The notes: a model not told the origin generated them from the letters alone. Positions 34,919 to 44,707 are shown, counted from the stretch's first letter. The stretch is 64,000 bases of DNA from an uncultured Solirubrobacterales bacterium (GCA_963812145.1 CAWEUG010000004.1:498495-562494); one strand, 5' to 3'. Translations and numbers: made by a program.

Positions 34919-35551
34919 TTGGCCGCTCTGATCCACGGCATCGATCCGAACAGGGTGCGGGCGAACCTGGAGCGCGTGCGCGAGGCCGCCGGCGCCGACG
35001 TCGAGATCCTCGTCGCCGCCAAGTACGTCCCGCTCGAGGAGATGGGAGCCCTGGCCGAGGCGGGGGTAGCGCTGGTCGGCGAGAATCGTCAGCAGGACCT
35101 GGTCGCCAAGCGCGAGCGCTGGGGCGACGCCTTCGAGTGGGACTTCATCGGCAACCTGCAGAGCCGCAAGGTCAAGCAGCTGCTGCCGATCTGCCGACTC
35201 GTCCACTCGGTGGCCAGCGACTCGGTGCTGACCCAGCTGGGCCGTCACGGCGGTCCCGACACCGAAGTGCTGGTCGAGGTCAACGTCGCCGCCGAGGCGG
35301 ACAAGGGCGGCATCGCACCCGCGGACCTGCCGGCCTTCGTCGAACGCTGCCCGGTCAAGGTCGCCGGCTTGATGACGATGCCGCCGTTCAGCCGGGACCC
35401 CGAGGCCTCGCGGCCCCATTTCGCCCGGCTCGCGGAGCTGGCCGCGGACAACGGGCTGCGTCGCCTCTCGATGGGTACCTCCCAGGATTGGCCGGTCGCG
35501 GTCGACGAGGGGGCGACGATCATCCGCTTGGGCACGGTGCTGTTCGTGTGA
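34919..35551 (+). CDS. yggS: YggS-family pyridoxal-phosphate homeostasis protein
   Basis: LVAAKYVP (PLP Lys), GENRQQDL, WDFIGNLQSRKVK and SMGTSQD. The start codon is uncertain (TTG 34919 proposed). Confidence 0.85.
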   Translation: MAALIHGIDPNRVRANLERVREAAGADVEILVAAKYVPLEEMGALAEAGVALVGENRQQDLVAKRERWGDAFEWDFIGNLQSRKVKQLLPICRLVHSVASDSVLTQLGRHGGPDTEVLVEVNVAAEADKGGIAPADLPAFVERCPVKVAGLMTMPPFSRDPEASRPHFARLAELAADNGLRRLSMGTSQDWPVAVDEGATIIRLGTVLFV

Positions 35552-35616
35552 ATCGGCGCTAACCTCCCGATAATTCGTAAAGGAGTCGGCCCGGATAGGC
35601 CGAAACACCGATACCG

Positions 35617-36174
35617 ATGGCCCTTCGCGACACCTGGCATAAAGCGCTCGTCTACTTCGGCCTCGCCGAGGATCACGACTACGGCCCCGAGTACGAGGAA
35701 GATTTCGAGCCCGAGACCGGCTCCGAGGAAGTCTTCGAGGCCCGCCGCGAGCGCGACCAGGGCGCGGTCAGGCGCCTGCCGACCTCGCGCCGCGCCCGCC
35801 GCGACGAGATCGACGACATCTTCGCCGACGACGAGCCGATCGCCGCGAGTCGCACCCGGACCCTGCGCCCGGTCGACAACGGTGGCGACGGTGGCGATCT
35901 CCAGGTCCACCTGGTGATCCCGCGCAACTTCAACGACGCCCAGCAGGTCGCCGATCAGTTCAAACGACAGGTCCCGGTGATCCTCAACCTGCAGACCGCC
36001 GATCACGAGCTTTCGAAGCGGATGATCGACTTCTGTTCCGGCCTCACCTACGCCCTCGACGGCGGCATGCAGCGGATCGCCGAGAAGATGTTCCTGCTGA
36101 CGCCGCGCAACGTCGACGTCTCCGCCGAGGAAAAGGCGAGGCTGATCGACAAGGGCTTCTTCAACCAGTCCTGA
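35617..36174 (+). CDS. sepF: cell division protein SepF
   Basis: MALRDTWHKALVYFGL... followed by the conserved C-terminal domain NFNDAQQVADQFKRQVPVILNL..RMIDFCSGLTYAL. Confidence 0.9.
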   Translation: MALRDTWHKALVYFGLAEDHDYGPEYEEDFEPETGSEEVFEARRERDQGAVRRLPTSRRARRDEIDDIFADDEPIAASRTRTLRPVDNGGDGGDLQVHLVIPRNFNDAQQVADQFKRQVPVILNLQTADHELSKRMIDFCSGLTYALDGGMQRIAEKMFLLTPRNVDVSAEEKARLIDKGFFNQS

Positions 36175-36187
36175 CTCGCGCCGCAGC

Positions 36188-36206
36188 TTCCCGGCAACGG
36201 GAATTT
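36188..36206 (+). terminator. weak hairpin after sepF (ttcccg-GCAA-cgggaa-ttt)
   Basis: 6-bp stem, GCAA tetraloop and 3 T residues. Read directly from the sequence. Confidence 0.35.
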
Positions 36207-36262
36207 CACAGCGGCTCAACAGCACGGCCACATCGCTTCCCGCGGGCGCTCCTAGCTTGCCT

Positions 36263-36288
36263 GACGTCTCGTAAAGACGTCTCGTAAC
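36263..36288 (+). promoter_or_regulatory. tandem 13-bp direct repeat (gacgtctcgtaaa / gacgtctcgtaac) 24 nt upstream of phoA
   Basis: 12/13 identical adjacent repeats. The arrangement and position suit a response-regulator (Pho-box-like) site, but the function is inferred. Confidence 0.4.
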
Positions 36289-36311
36289 CACATCAAGCAG
36301 AGGGAGAATCG

Positions 36312-37721
36312 ATGAAAGGCAAGCGCCTTACCGCCGTACTCGCGGCAATGCTCGCCCTGACGGCTGTCGGTGCCGGTACCGCCGCCACGGGAGCGTTCTC
36401 GTCCCACCGATCCGGCCCCACCGAGCGCGCGCTCACCGCCGCCCTGCGGGATCGCGAGCCGAAGAACGTGATCTTCCTGCTCGGCGATGGCATGGGCACC
36501 CAGGAGATAACCGCCGCCCGCTACTACCAGGGCGTGAGCAAGGAGCTGAACGTCGACCGGATGCCGTTCACCGGCTTCGACACCACCTGGTCGGTGAAGC
36601 CGGCCGCGAGCGCGCCCTACCTGCCCGACTACGACCCCGACTCGGCCTCGACCGGGACGATGTGGGCGACGGGGAAGAAGACCCTCGACGAGCGCATCTC
36701 GCAGGGCCCGAGCAGCGCCATCGAGGTGCCTGGGCAGAACCTGACGACGGTGCTGGAGCTGGCGCAGAAGAGGGGCATGAAGGTCGGCGACGTCTCCACC
36801 GCCGAGATCACCGACGCGACGCCGGCGGTCCTCGCCTCGCACATCTCCCTGCGCGGCTGCCAGGGCCCGGCAAACATGGCGCCCTGCCCACTGGAGACGA
36901 AGGCGGCGGGGGGCCTCGGCTCGATTGCCGAGCAGGAGATCGACCACAGGATCGACGTGCTGCTCGGCGGTGGCCTCGGTCGCTTCACGCAGATGATCCC
37001 CGGCGGCCCCGACGCCGGCAAGACGCTGGTCCAGGTCGCCCAGGAGCGGGGCTACCGCTACGTCACCGACGCCGACGGCCTGAGCACGGTGCCGAACGCC
37101 AACAAGCCGGTGCTGGGCCTCTTCAACGGCTCCAGCATGTCGCTGGAGTGGACCGGTCCCGCGGCTTCCACCGGCAAGGGCAACGCGCCGGTGGCCTGCA
37201 GCGAGGGTCAGCGGCCAGCCGGCGAGCCGAGCCTGGCGGCGATGACGAGGCGGGCGATCGACCTGCTCGACGACGACAGGCGCAAGGGGTTCTTCCTGCA
37301 GGTCGAGGGCGCCTCGATCGACAAGCAGGACCACGCCACCAACGCCTGCGGCCAGATCGGCGAGACGGTCGCCTTCGACCGGGCGATCGGCGTCGCGCTC
37401 GACTACCAGGAGGATCATCCGGACACGCTGATCGTGGTCACCGCCGATCACTCGCACACGAGCCAGATCGTCGGCGAGGACGCGAGCGGCTCGGGCATCC
37501 CGACCGGCTACTCGACCAACCTGCTGACCAAGGACGGCCAAACCATGAGCCTGACCTACGGGACGGCGGGTTACGGCGGTCCCGGTGCCGCTCCGGTCGC
37601 GGTTCCAGCGAGTCAGCAGCACACCGGCGCGGTCGTGCCGGTCTGGGCCTCCGGCCCTGGCTCGCTCGGTGTGCTCGGGACCAACGACCACACCGACTTG
37701 TTCCAGACGCTGGGGGGCTGA
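36312..37721 (+). CDS. phoA: secreted alkaline phosphatase
   Basis: Signal peptide (LTAVLAAMLALTAVGAGTAA). Motifs LLGDGMG, DSASTGT (active-site Ser), EGASIDKQDH and VTADHSH. SD agggag. Confidence 0.9.
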   Translation: MKGKRLTAVLAAMLALTAVGAGTAATGAFSSHRSGPTERALTAALRDREPKNVIFLLGDGMGTQEITAARYYQGVSKELNVDRMPFTGFDTTWSVKPAASAPYLPDYDPDSASTGTMWATGKKTLDERISQGPSSAIEVPGQNLTTVLELAQKRGMKVGDVSTAEITDATPAVLASHISLRGCQGPANMAPCPLETKAAGGLGSIAEQEIDHRIDVLLGGGLGRFTQMIPGGPDAGKTLVQVAQERGYRYVTDADGLSTVPNANKPVLGLFNGSSMSLEWTGPAASTGKGNAPVACSEGQRPAGEPSLAAMTRRAIDLLDDDRRKGFFLQVEGASIDKQDHATNACGQIGETVAFDRAIGVALDYQEDHPDTLIVVTADHSHTSQIVGEDASGSGIPTGYSTNLLTKDGQTMSLTYGTAGYGGPGAAPVAVPASQQHTGAVVPVWASGPGSLGVLGTNDHTDLFQTLGG

Positions 37722-37738
37722 TCTGGGGCATACGCCGC

Positions 37739-37767
37739 GAAGGGGGCCGGGCAACCGGCCCTCCTTC
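37739..37767 (+). terminator. GC-rich hairpin after phoA (gaagggggccgg-GCAA-ccggccctccttc)
   Basis: 12-bp stem with one bulge and a GCAA tetraloop. No long U tract follows. Confidence 0.45.
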
Positions 37768-37791
37768 GTTCGCGCGGCTAGGCTGCTGCCA

Positions 37792-38529
37792 ATGATCGTC
37801 GGCTTCGTCGGATCGGGCAGCATGGCCGCCGCAATCGCGCGCGGATGGGCCGGGGAGTTCGAGCGGATGCTGTTCTCGGACTCCGGCTCCGGCCGTGCCC
37901 TGAAGCTTGCGAAGGAGCTGGGGGGAGAGGCGGTCTCCAATGCTGAGGTCGCCGCTCGCGCCGACCTCGTCGTGCTCGCCGTGAAGCCGGCGGCGCTGGA
38001 CGGCGTGGCGCTGGATCTGGCCGATGTGCGGAAACTCGTCTCGGTTCTGGCAGCGGTGCCGGTCGCGCGGCTGCGGGAGGCCTTCCCCCAAGCAGAAGTC
38101 CTGCGAGTGATGCCGAACGTCGGAGTCGAGGTGCGCAAGGGCGTGCTCTGCGTCGCCGGCGACGCCTCGGAGGAGGTGAGGGGCAAGCTCGGCGTGCTCG
38201 GGCACGTGGTCGAGATCGCCGACGAGGACTTCGACGCGGCAACCGCGGTGATGGGCTGTGCGCCCGCCTATCTGGCGCTGGCGGTCGAGGCGATCGCCGA
38301 GGCTGGGGCGGAGGACGGCCTCGATCCGGAGCTGGCGCGTGAGCTGGTGGTCGAGACCGCCGCCGGCACCGCCGAGCTGCTGCGGCTGCGCCACCCGGCC
38401 GACGTGCGCAAGGCCGTGGCCTCGCCCGGTGGCAGCACCGAGGCCGGGCTGGAGGCGCTCGATCGCGAGGGGGCGGGGGCGGCCTTCGCGGCGGCCGTGC
38501 GGGCCTCGCTGGAGAGGATGCGGCGATGA
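37792..38529 (+). CDS. proC: pyrroline-5-carboxylate reductase
   Basis: MIVGFVGSGSMAAAIARG (Rossmann fold), VKP, and SPGGSTEAGL near the C-terminus. Confidence 0.88.
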   Translation: MIVGFVGSGSMAAAIARGWAGEFERMLFSDSGSGRALKLAKELGGEAVSNAEVAARADLVVLAVKPAALDGVALDLADVRKLVSVLAAVPVARLREAFPQAEVLRVMPNVGVEVRKGVLCVAGDASEEVRGKLGVLGHVVEIADEDFDAATAVMGCAPAYLALAVEAIAEAGAEDGLDPELARELVVETAAGTAELLRLRHPADVRKAVASPGGSTEAGLEALDREGAGAAFAAAVRASLERMRR

Positions 38530-38828
38530 TCCCGCTGGCGCTGAGCCGAGGCGACGTCGCCGACTACGTCGACGCTCTCTTCATCGTCTACATCGTCCTC
38601 ATCCTGGTCAACATCCTCATCTCCTTCGTGCCGCGGATGCCGTACAGGCCGTGGCTGCGGGCGGTGCTCGACTTCGTCACCGAGAGCACCAACCCCTACC
38701 TCAACTTCTTCCGCCGCTTCCTGCCGCCGATCGGCGGCAGCAGCTTCGCCCTCGACCTCAGCCCGATGATCGGGATCATCGTGCTCTTCGTGCTCCGGGC
38801 CCTCGTCGTCAGCCTGATCGCAGGGTGA
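38526..38828 (+). CDS. yggT: YggT-family membrane protein
   Basis: 100 aa, two TM pairs, NPYLNFFRRFLPPIGG..DLSPMIG. Overlaps the proC stop. Confidence 0.85.
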   Translation: MIPLALSRGDVADYVDALFIVYIVLILVNILISFVPRMPYRPWLRAVLDFVTESTNPYLNFFRRFLPPIGGSSFALDLSPMIGIIVLFVLRALVVSLIAG

Positions 38829-39295
38829 GTGCCACCGCCCGCGCCTGGTGCCGCGCCGGCGCCCTCGGGTTGGCGGTTCTCGTCGCCGACCAGGTCGCCA
38901 AGGCGGCGATCGAGGCGCGTCTGGTGCCTGGTGAGGACGTCGACGTGCTCGGGCCGCTCGGCCTGACCCTGTCGCACAATCGCGGCGTCGCCTTCGGCCT
39001 CGCCGGCGGCGCGGGAGCGCCGCTGGTCCTGATCACCCTGGCCGCGCTGGGCGTGGTGGCCTACCTCTTCGCCCGCAACCCGACCCGCCCGGGGATGTGG
39101 GTTGCGACCGGGCTGCTGGCGGGCGGGGCGATCGGCAACCTCGTCGACCGCGTCCGCGCCGACGCCGTCACCGACTTCGTCGACCTGCCGCTCTGGCCGC
39201 CCTTCAACCTCGCCGACGTGGCTATCACCGCCGGAGTCCTCCTGCTCGCCTTCCTCTACCTGCGCGACGCCGATCGGGAGCGCGCAGGTGGCTGA
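38825..39295 (+). CDS. lspA: lipoprotein signal peptidase (signal peptidase II)
   Basis: The GTG start overlaps the yggT stop. NRGVAFG, GGAIGNLVDR and FNLADVAI motifs. Confidence 0.88.
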   Translation: MSATARAWCRAGALGLAVLVADQVAKAAIEARLVPGEDVDVLGPLGLTLSHNRGVAFGLAGGAGAPLVLITLAALGVVAYLFARNPTRPGMWVATGLLAGGAIGNLVDRVRADAVTDFVDLPLWPPFNLADVAITAGVLLLAFLYLRDADRERAGG

Positions 39296-39974
39296 GCCGG
39301 AGCTGCGCATCGTCCATCTCGACGAGGCGCTGGCCGTCGTCGACAAGCCGGCGGGCCTGGTCGTCCACCCGGCGCCCTCGCACGAGGGTCCGACTCTGGT
39401 CGACGAGCTGGGGGAGATCCTCGGCGGCGGCGAGGACCCCGAGCGCCCGGGCATCGTTCACCGGCTCGACAAGGGCACCAGCGGTCTGCTCGTCGTTGCC
39501 CGCAGCGACGCGGCCCACGCGGCTCTGCAGGCGCAGGTTCAGCGCCGCGAGGTCGAACGCGTCTATCGCGCCCTGGTCGGTGGCAAGATCGGCTCCCGCA
39601 CCGGCACGATCGACGCCCCGATCGGTCGCGCCTCGCGCCAGCGCCACCGGATGGCGGTCTCCGGCGCCGCCTCGCGGGAGGCGCGGACGCATTTCACGGT
39701 CTTGGAGCTGCTGACCCTGGAGAGCTACGTCGAGGCGCGCTTGGAGACTGGCCGCACGCACCAGATCCGGGCCCACTTCGCCGCGATCGGCCACCCCTTG
39801 ACCGGCGACGTCACCTACGGCGGCGCCCGCCGCTACGACCTGCGGCGCCAGTTCCTCCATGCCCACCGGCTCGCCTTCGACCACCCGCTCAGCGGCGAGC
39901 GCCTCAGCTTCGAGTCGGAGCTGCCGCAGGACCTCGCCACCGCCCTGGACGCGGCCCGCGCCGCTCAGCGCTAG
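39288..39974 (+). CDS. RluA/RluD-family pseudouridine synthase (no N-terminal S4 domain)
   Basis: VDKPAGLVVHP, HRLDKGTSGLLVVA (catalytic Asp) and RTHQIRAH. Confidence 0.85.
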   Translation: MAEPELRIVHLDEALAVVDKPAGLVVHPAPSHEGPTLVDELGEILGGGEDPERPGIVHRLDKGTSGLLVVARSDAAHAALQAQVQRREVERVYRALVGGKIGSRTGTIDAPIGRASRQRHRMAVSGAASREARTHFTVLELLTLESYVEARLETGRTHQIRAHFAAIGHPLTGDVTYGGARRYDLRRQFLHAHRLAFDHPLSGERLSFESELPQDLATALDAARAAQR

Positions 39975-40095
39975 CCCTCTACAATCAGCCGTCCTAAACC
40001 AACCCCCGTTCGGCAGCGAACCGGATCCTGCCTGGCCCAGCGCCAGGTCCGGCAAGCGGGACGGGAGAGCTCCACCAACAGACCAAGGAGATTCG

Positions 40096-41166
40096 ATGCC
40101 AGAGGCAGGCCTCACCGAGCTGCTCCAGGCCGGAGTGCACTTCGGCCATCAGACGCGCCGCTGGAACCCGAACATGCGCCGTTTCATCTTCGGCGAGCTG
40201 GACGGGATCCACATCATCGACTTGCTGCAGACCGAGGCGCTGCTGGAGAACGCCCGTCGCTTCGCCGGCGAGCTCGCCAGCGGTGGCGGCACGGTGCTCT
40301 TCGTCGGCACCAAGAAGCAGGCCCGCGACACCGTCCAGGAATGGGCCGATCGCTGCAAGATGCCCTACGTCAACAAGCGCTGGCTGGGCGGGCTGCTGAC
40401 CAACTTCAACACGATGTCGACCCGGATCGCCCGGCTGCACGAGCTCAACGGCTGGAAAGAGGACGGCAAACTCGCTCTGCTGCCGACCAAGGAGCGGATG
40501 GGCATGGAGGCCGAACTGGCCAAGCTCGAGTTCAACCTCGGCGGCGTCCGCGACATGGACCGGCTGCCGGATGCGGTTTTCGTCACCGACCTCAAAACCG
40601 AGGAGATCGCCGTCCACGAGGCGGCGCGCCTGCGCATCCCGATCATCGGCCTGGTCGATACCAACTGCGACCCGACCCCGGTCGACTTCGTGATCCCCGG
40701 CAACGACGACGCGATCCGTTCCTGCGGCCTGATCATCGGCACGATCGGCGGCGCCGTCGACGAGGGGTCGAGCGCCTGGCGCGTCCAGGAGGAGAAGCGC
40801 ATCGCCGAGGAAATGGCGCGGCGCAAAAAGGACGAGGAAGAGCGCAAGAAGCGCGAGGAGGAAGAGAAGGCCCGGCTCGAGGCAGAGGCGGCGGCGAAAG
40901 CGGCGGCCGAGGCCGAGGCACAGGCGAAAGCCACCGCTCAGGCCCAGGCGGCCGCGGCGGCGACTCCGTCGCAGCCGTCCCAGAAACCCGTTGCTCCAGA
41001 CCCGGCGGCGCCGAAAGCCGCTGCGCCGGCGGCCAAACCGGCGCCAGAGGAGCCCAAAGCGGCTGCCGAGGCCGCGAAACCGGCCGAGCCGGCCACCCCA
41101 GCCGCGCCCGAGACGCAGCCCGACGCCCCGACCCCCAGCGAGGACAAAGAGGGAGATAAATCGTGA
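40096..41166 (+). CDS. rpsB: 30S ribosomal protein S2 with a ~125-aa low-complexity C-terminal extension
   Basis: SD aaggag at 40085-40090. LLQAGVHFGHQTRRWNPNM and VDTNCDP. The tail from about aa 231 is rich in E, K, A and P. Confidence 0.95.
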   Translation: MPEAGLTELLQAGVHFGHQTRRWNPNMRRFIFGELDGIHIIDLLQTEALLENARRFAGELASGGGTVLFVGTKKQARDTVQEWADRCKMPYVNKRWLGGLLTNFNTMSTRIARLHELNGWKEDGKLALLPTKERMGMEAELAKLEFNLGGVRDMDRLPDAVFVTDLKTEEIAVHEAARLRIPIIGLVDTNCDPTPVDFVIPGNDDAIRSCGLIIGTIGGAVDEGSSAWRVQEEKRIAEEMARRKKDEEERKKREEEEKARLEAEAAAKAAAEAEAQAKATAQAQAAAAATPSQPSQKPVAPDPAAPKAAAPAAKPAPEEPKAAAEAAKPAEPATPAAPETQPDAPTPSEDKEGDKS

Positions 41167-41768
41167 GCATCACCGCCGCCGACGTGAAGGCGCTTCGGGA
41201 TCGCACCGGGGCCGCGATGATGGACTGCAAAGCGGCCCTGACCGAGGCCGACGGCGATACCGAGCGGGCGATCGAGCTGCTGCGGGTGAAGGGCCAGGCG
41301 TCGGCGGCCAAGCGCGAAGGCCGCGGCACCGAAGAGGGCGTCGTCTCCTCCTACATCCACGCCAACGACCGGGTCGGGGCGATGGTCGAAGTCCAGTGCG
41401 AGACCGACTTCGTCGCTCGCAACGAGGACTTCAAGGCGTTCGCCTATCAGGTCGCCCTGCACGTGGCCGCGACGGCGCCGCGCTACGTCTCCTCGGAGGA
41501 GATCCCCGCCGCGGAGCGCGAGGCCGAGCAGCGGGTCTTCGAAGAGAAGGCACGCGAGGAAGGCAAGCCCGACAACGTCGTCGAGAAGATCGTCGCCGGG
41601 CAGCTCTCGAAGTGGGCCAGTGAGGTCGCCTTGCTCGACCAGTCGCACGTCAACGCCGAGAAACACGATTCGAAGACGATCGAGGAGCTGCGCCAGGAGC
41701 TGGCCGCCAAGACCGGCGAGAACGTGCGGATCGCCCGCTTTACCTACTTCCGCGTCGGCGAGGAATAG
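41163..41768 (+). CDS. tsf: translation elongation factor Ts (short form)
   Basis: VKALRDRTGAAMMDCKAALTEADGD and VEVQCETDFVARNEDF. The GTG start overlaps the rpsB stop. Confidence 0.93.
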   Translation: MSITAADVKALRDRTGAAMMDCKAALTEADGDTERAIELLRVKGQASAAKREGRGTEEGVVSSYIHANDRVGAMVEVQCETDFVARNEDFKAFAYQVALHVAATAPRYVSSEEIPAAEREAEQRVFEEKAREEGKPDNVVEKIVAGQLSKWASEVALLDQSHVNAEKHDSKTIEELRQELAAKTGENVRIARFTYFRVGEE

Positions 41769-41780
41769 GGTCATCTGCAC

Positions 41781-42521
41781 GTGACCGACTCTCCCGAGCC
41801 GCGCTTCGGGCGCATCCTGCTGAAGCTTTCTGGCGAGGCCCTGATGGGCAGTCTCGATTTCGGCACCGACGGCGCCGAGGTCGACCGCATCGCCAAGCAG
41901 GTGACGGCGATCCGCGACCGCGGGGTCGAGATCGCGATCGTGGTCGGCGCCGGCAACATCTACCGCGGCCTCGATGGCGCCGCCAGCGGCATGGACCGCG
42001 CCACCGGCGACTACATGGGAATGCTGGCGACGGTGCTCAACGCCCTCACCCTGCAGGACGCGCTGGAGCGGCTCGGACAGCACACGCGGGTGATGTCGGC
42101 GATCGACGTCAAGGAGGTGGCCGAGCCCTACATCCGCCGTCGCGCCATGCGCCACCTGGAGAAGGGCCGCGTGGTGATCTTCGCGGCCGGCACCGGCAAC
42201 CCGTTCTTCACCACCGACACCGCCGCGGCGCTGCGGGCGCTGGAGATCCACGCCGAGGCGATCCTGATGGCCAAGAACGGGGTGGAGGGCGTCTACGACG
42301 CCGACCCGGCAACCCATCCCGAGGCCAAGTTCCTCGCCACGATCAGCCATCGCGAAGCGATCGAGCGCGGCCTCAAGGTGATGGACTCGACCGCGCTCTC
42401 GCTCTGCATGGACAACGACCTGCCGATCTACGTCTTCAACATGGGCGACGAGAAGAACATAGATAGGATCGTCCGCGGCGAGAAGGTGGGCACCCTGGTC
42501 TCCAACGGGCCCGCCGCTTAA
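41781..42521 (+). CDS. pyrH: UMP kinase
   Basis: [20 protein letters not shown] and [17 protein letters not shown]. Confidence 0.95.
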   Translation: MTDSPEPRFGRILLKLSGEALMGSLDFGTDGAEVDRIAKQVTAIRDRGVEIAIVVGAGNIYRGLDGAASGMDRATGDYMGMLATVLNALTLQDALERLGQHTRVMSAIDVKEVAEPYIRRRAMRHLEKGRVVIFAAGTGNPFFTTDTAAALRALEIHAEAILMAKNGVEGVYDADPATHPEAKFLATISHREAIERGLKVMDSTALSLCMDNDLPIYVFNMGDEKNIDRIVRGEKVGTLVSNGPAA

Positions 42522-42538
42522 GCGAGGACGGGAAACCA

Positions 42539-43102
42539 GTGGAGCTGATCGACGAACTGCTCAAGGACGCCGAAGGGCGCATGGCCAAGTCGGTTGATTC
42601 GAGCCGTGGCGAGCTGGCCACGGTCCGCACCGGCCGCGCCTCGCCCCACCTGCTCGACCGCATCGTCGTCGACTACTACGGCACGCCGACGGCCCTCAAG
42701 CAGCTGGCCAACGTCTCCACCACGGACGCCCGCCTGCTGACCGTGACCCCCTTCGACAAGGGCGCCCTGGGCGGGATCGAGAAAGCGATCCAGGAGTCCG
42801 ACGTCGGCCTGACGCCGAGCAACGACGGCAACGTGATCCGCCTGGCGATCCCCGAGCTGACCGAGGAGCGCCGGCGTGAGATGGTCAAGGTGGTGCACGG
42901 CGTCGCCGAGGAGGGACGGATCGCGATCCGCAACGTCCGCCGCGACGTCATGCACGACCTCCGCGAACTGAAGAAAGAGGGCGAAGCGGGCGAGGACGAC
43001 GAGCGCCGGGCCGAGGCATCGCTGCAGAAGCAGACCGACGACTCGATCGCCGAGATCGACTCGTTGCTAAAAGGCAAGGAAGAAGAGATCCTCGAAGTGT
43101 GA
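42539..43102 (+). CDS. frr: ribosome recycling factor
   Basis: RTGRASPHLLDRIVVDYYG..LTEERRREMVK..IRNVRRD. Confidence 0.95.
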   Translation: MELIDELLKDAEGRMAKSVDSSRGELATVRTGRASPHLLDRIVVDYYGTPTALKQLANVSTTDARLLTVTPFDKGALGGIEKAIQESDVGLTPSNDGNVIRLAIPELTEERRREMVKVVHGVAEEGRIAIRNVRRDVMHDLRELKKEGEAGEDDERRAEASLQKQTDDSIAEIDSLLKGKEEEILEV

Positions 43103-43145
43103 GGGGGCTGCAAACCGGCGCATCTCGGGGTTCTCGGTCGGTTGG

Positions 43146-43820
43146 ATGTCATTCATGACCTCACCTCGATACGTCGCGATCATCACCGATGGCAACGGGC
43201 GCTGGGCTCAGCAGCGCGGGTTGCCGGTGGTCGAGGGACACCGGGCCGGGGCCGACGTCGTCAAGGCGCGGCTGCGCGACGCGGTCGAGCTCGGGGTCGA
43301 GGAGCTGACCGTCTTCTCCTTCTCGACCGAGAACTGGACCCGGCCTTCGGAGGAGGTCGAGGGACTGATGCAGATGATGGGCGAGCGGATCGACGATGAG
43401 ACCCCGGAGCTGAACGACGAAGGGGTGCGGATGCGCTTCGTCGGCCGTCGCGAGGGGGTGCCGCCATCGCTGCTCGAGCGGATGGACTGGGCCGAAGAGA
43501 CGACCGCCGACAACGACCGCATCGTCTTCTTCGTCGCCTTCAACTACGGCGGCAGGGCGGAGATCGCCGACGCTGCGCGAAGCTTCCAGGGAGGCTCCGA
43601 GGAGGAGTTCCGAAGCCACCTCTATGCACCGGAGATGCACGACCCAGACCTCCTGATACGAACCAGCGGCGAGCGGCGCATCTCCAACTACCTGCTCTGG
43701 CAGTGTGCCTACTCGGAGCTGGTCTTCCGCGACGAGCTCTGGCCGGACTTCGACCGCGCCGCGTTCGAGGGCTCCCTGCGCGAGTACGAGACCCGCCAAC
43801 GCCGGTTCGGGGCGCGCTGA
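43146..43820 (+). CDS. uppS: isoprenyl transferase (undecaprenyl diphosphate synthase family)
   Basis: VAIITDGNGRWA, FSTENWTRP, RTSGERRISNYLLWQ. Confidence 0.93.
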   Translation: MSFMTSPRYVAIITDGNGRWAQQRGLPVVEGHRAGADVVKARLRDAVELGVEELTVFSFSTENWTRPSEEVEGLMQMMGERIDDETPELNDEGVRMRFVGRREGVPPSLLERMDWAEETTADNDRIVFFVAFNYGGRAEIADAARSFQGGSEEEFRSHLYAPEMHDPDLLIRTSGERRISNYLLWQCAYSELVFRDELWPDFDRAAFEGSLREYETRQRRFGAR

Positions 43821-44707
43821 TGAGGACCGACCTCTTCGACGACGAGATGTTCGAAGACGAGCCGGCGCCGCCGCCGAAACCACCGCGCCAACCGCGCCGG
43901 AAGCGTGGCTTGCGCGGCGAGACCGCCAAGCGGGTACTGGTGGCATTGCCCTGGATCGCCTTCGCGATCGCGATCGCGATCGCCGGCGGCGCGATCTTCG
44001 CGGCGGCGATGATCGCGATCGGCGTCGTCTGCCTGCGCGAGTACGTCGCCATGACCGAGACCTCGCGGCCGCTCGCGGTTCCCGCCTACCTCGCCGTCGC
44101 GGCGCTGGTCGTCGCCGCCCACTTCGGCACCGCCTTCAACGTCCTGCTGATCCTGGCCGCCTCCTTCCCGCTGCTGTTCTTCTTCGGCGCCAGGTCCCAT
44201 CGGCGCGACGGGGTCACGGTCTCGATCGGCGTCACCCTGCTGGGGATCCTCTGGATCGGCATCCCGCTGGTCCACGCGGTGCTGCTGCGCGATCTGCCCG
44301 ATCACGGGGCCGGCCTCCTCGTCGACGTGCTCGTCGGCACCTTCGTTGCCGACACCGCCGCCTACGCCACCGGCCGCATGTTCGGCAGCCACAAGATCGC
44401 CCCCAGCATCAGCCCCAACAAGACGATCGAGGGTCTCATCGGGGGTTTCCTGATCGGGACCATGGGCTTCTGGTTCGCCGGCCTCTACCAGGACTGGCTG
44501 TCGGGGGTGGACGCGCTGATCATCGGCGCCGCCGTGGCGGCAATCGCGCCGGTCGGCGACCTCTTCGAGTCGATGCTGAAGCGCGACCTCGGGACCAAGG
44601 ACACCGGAACCCTCTTCGGCCCTCACGGCGGCATCCTCGACCGCCTCGACGCCGTCTTCTTCACGATCGTCGTCGGCTACTACCTCTCGGTGGCGCTCGT
44701 CTACTGA
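43820..44707 (+). CDS. cdsA: phosphatidate cytidylyltransferase
   Basis: Polytopic membrane protein with the C-terminal signature SMLKRDLGTKDTGTLFGPHGGILDRLD. The ATG overlaps the uppS stop. Confidence 0.88.
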   Translation: MRTDLFDDEMFEDEPAPPPKPPRQPRRKRGLRGETAKRVLVALPWIAFAIAIAIAGGAIFAAAMIAIGVVCLREYVAMTETSRPLAVPAYLAVAALVVAAHFGTAFNVLLILAASFPLLFFFGARSHRRDGVTVSIGVTLLGILWIGIPLVHAVLLRDLPDHGAGLLVDVLVGTFVADTAAYATGRMFGSHKIAPSISPNKTIEGLIGGFLIGTMGFWFAGLYQDWLSGVDALIIGAAVAAIAPVGDLFESMLKRDLGTKDTGTLFGPHGGILDRLDAVFFTIVVGYYLSVALVY

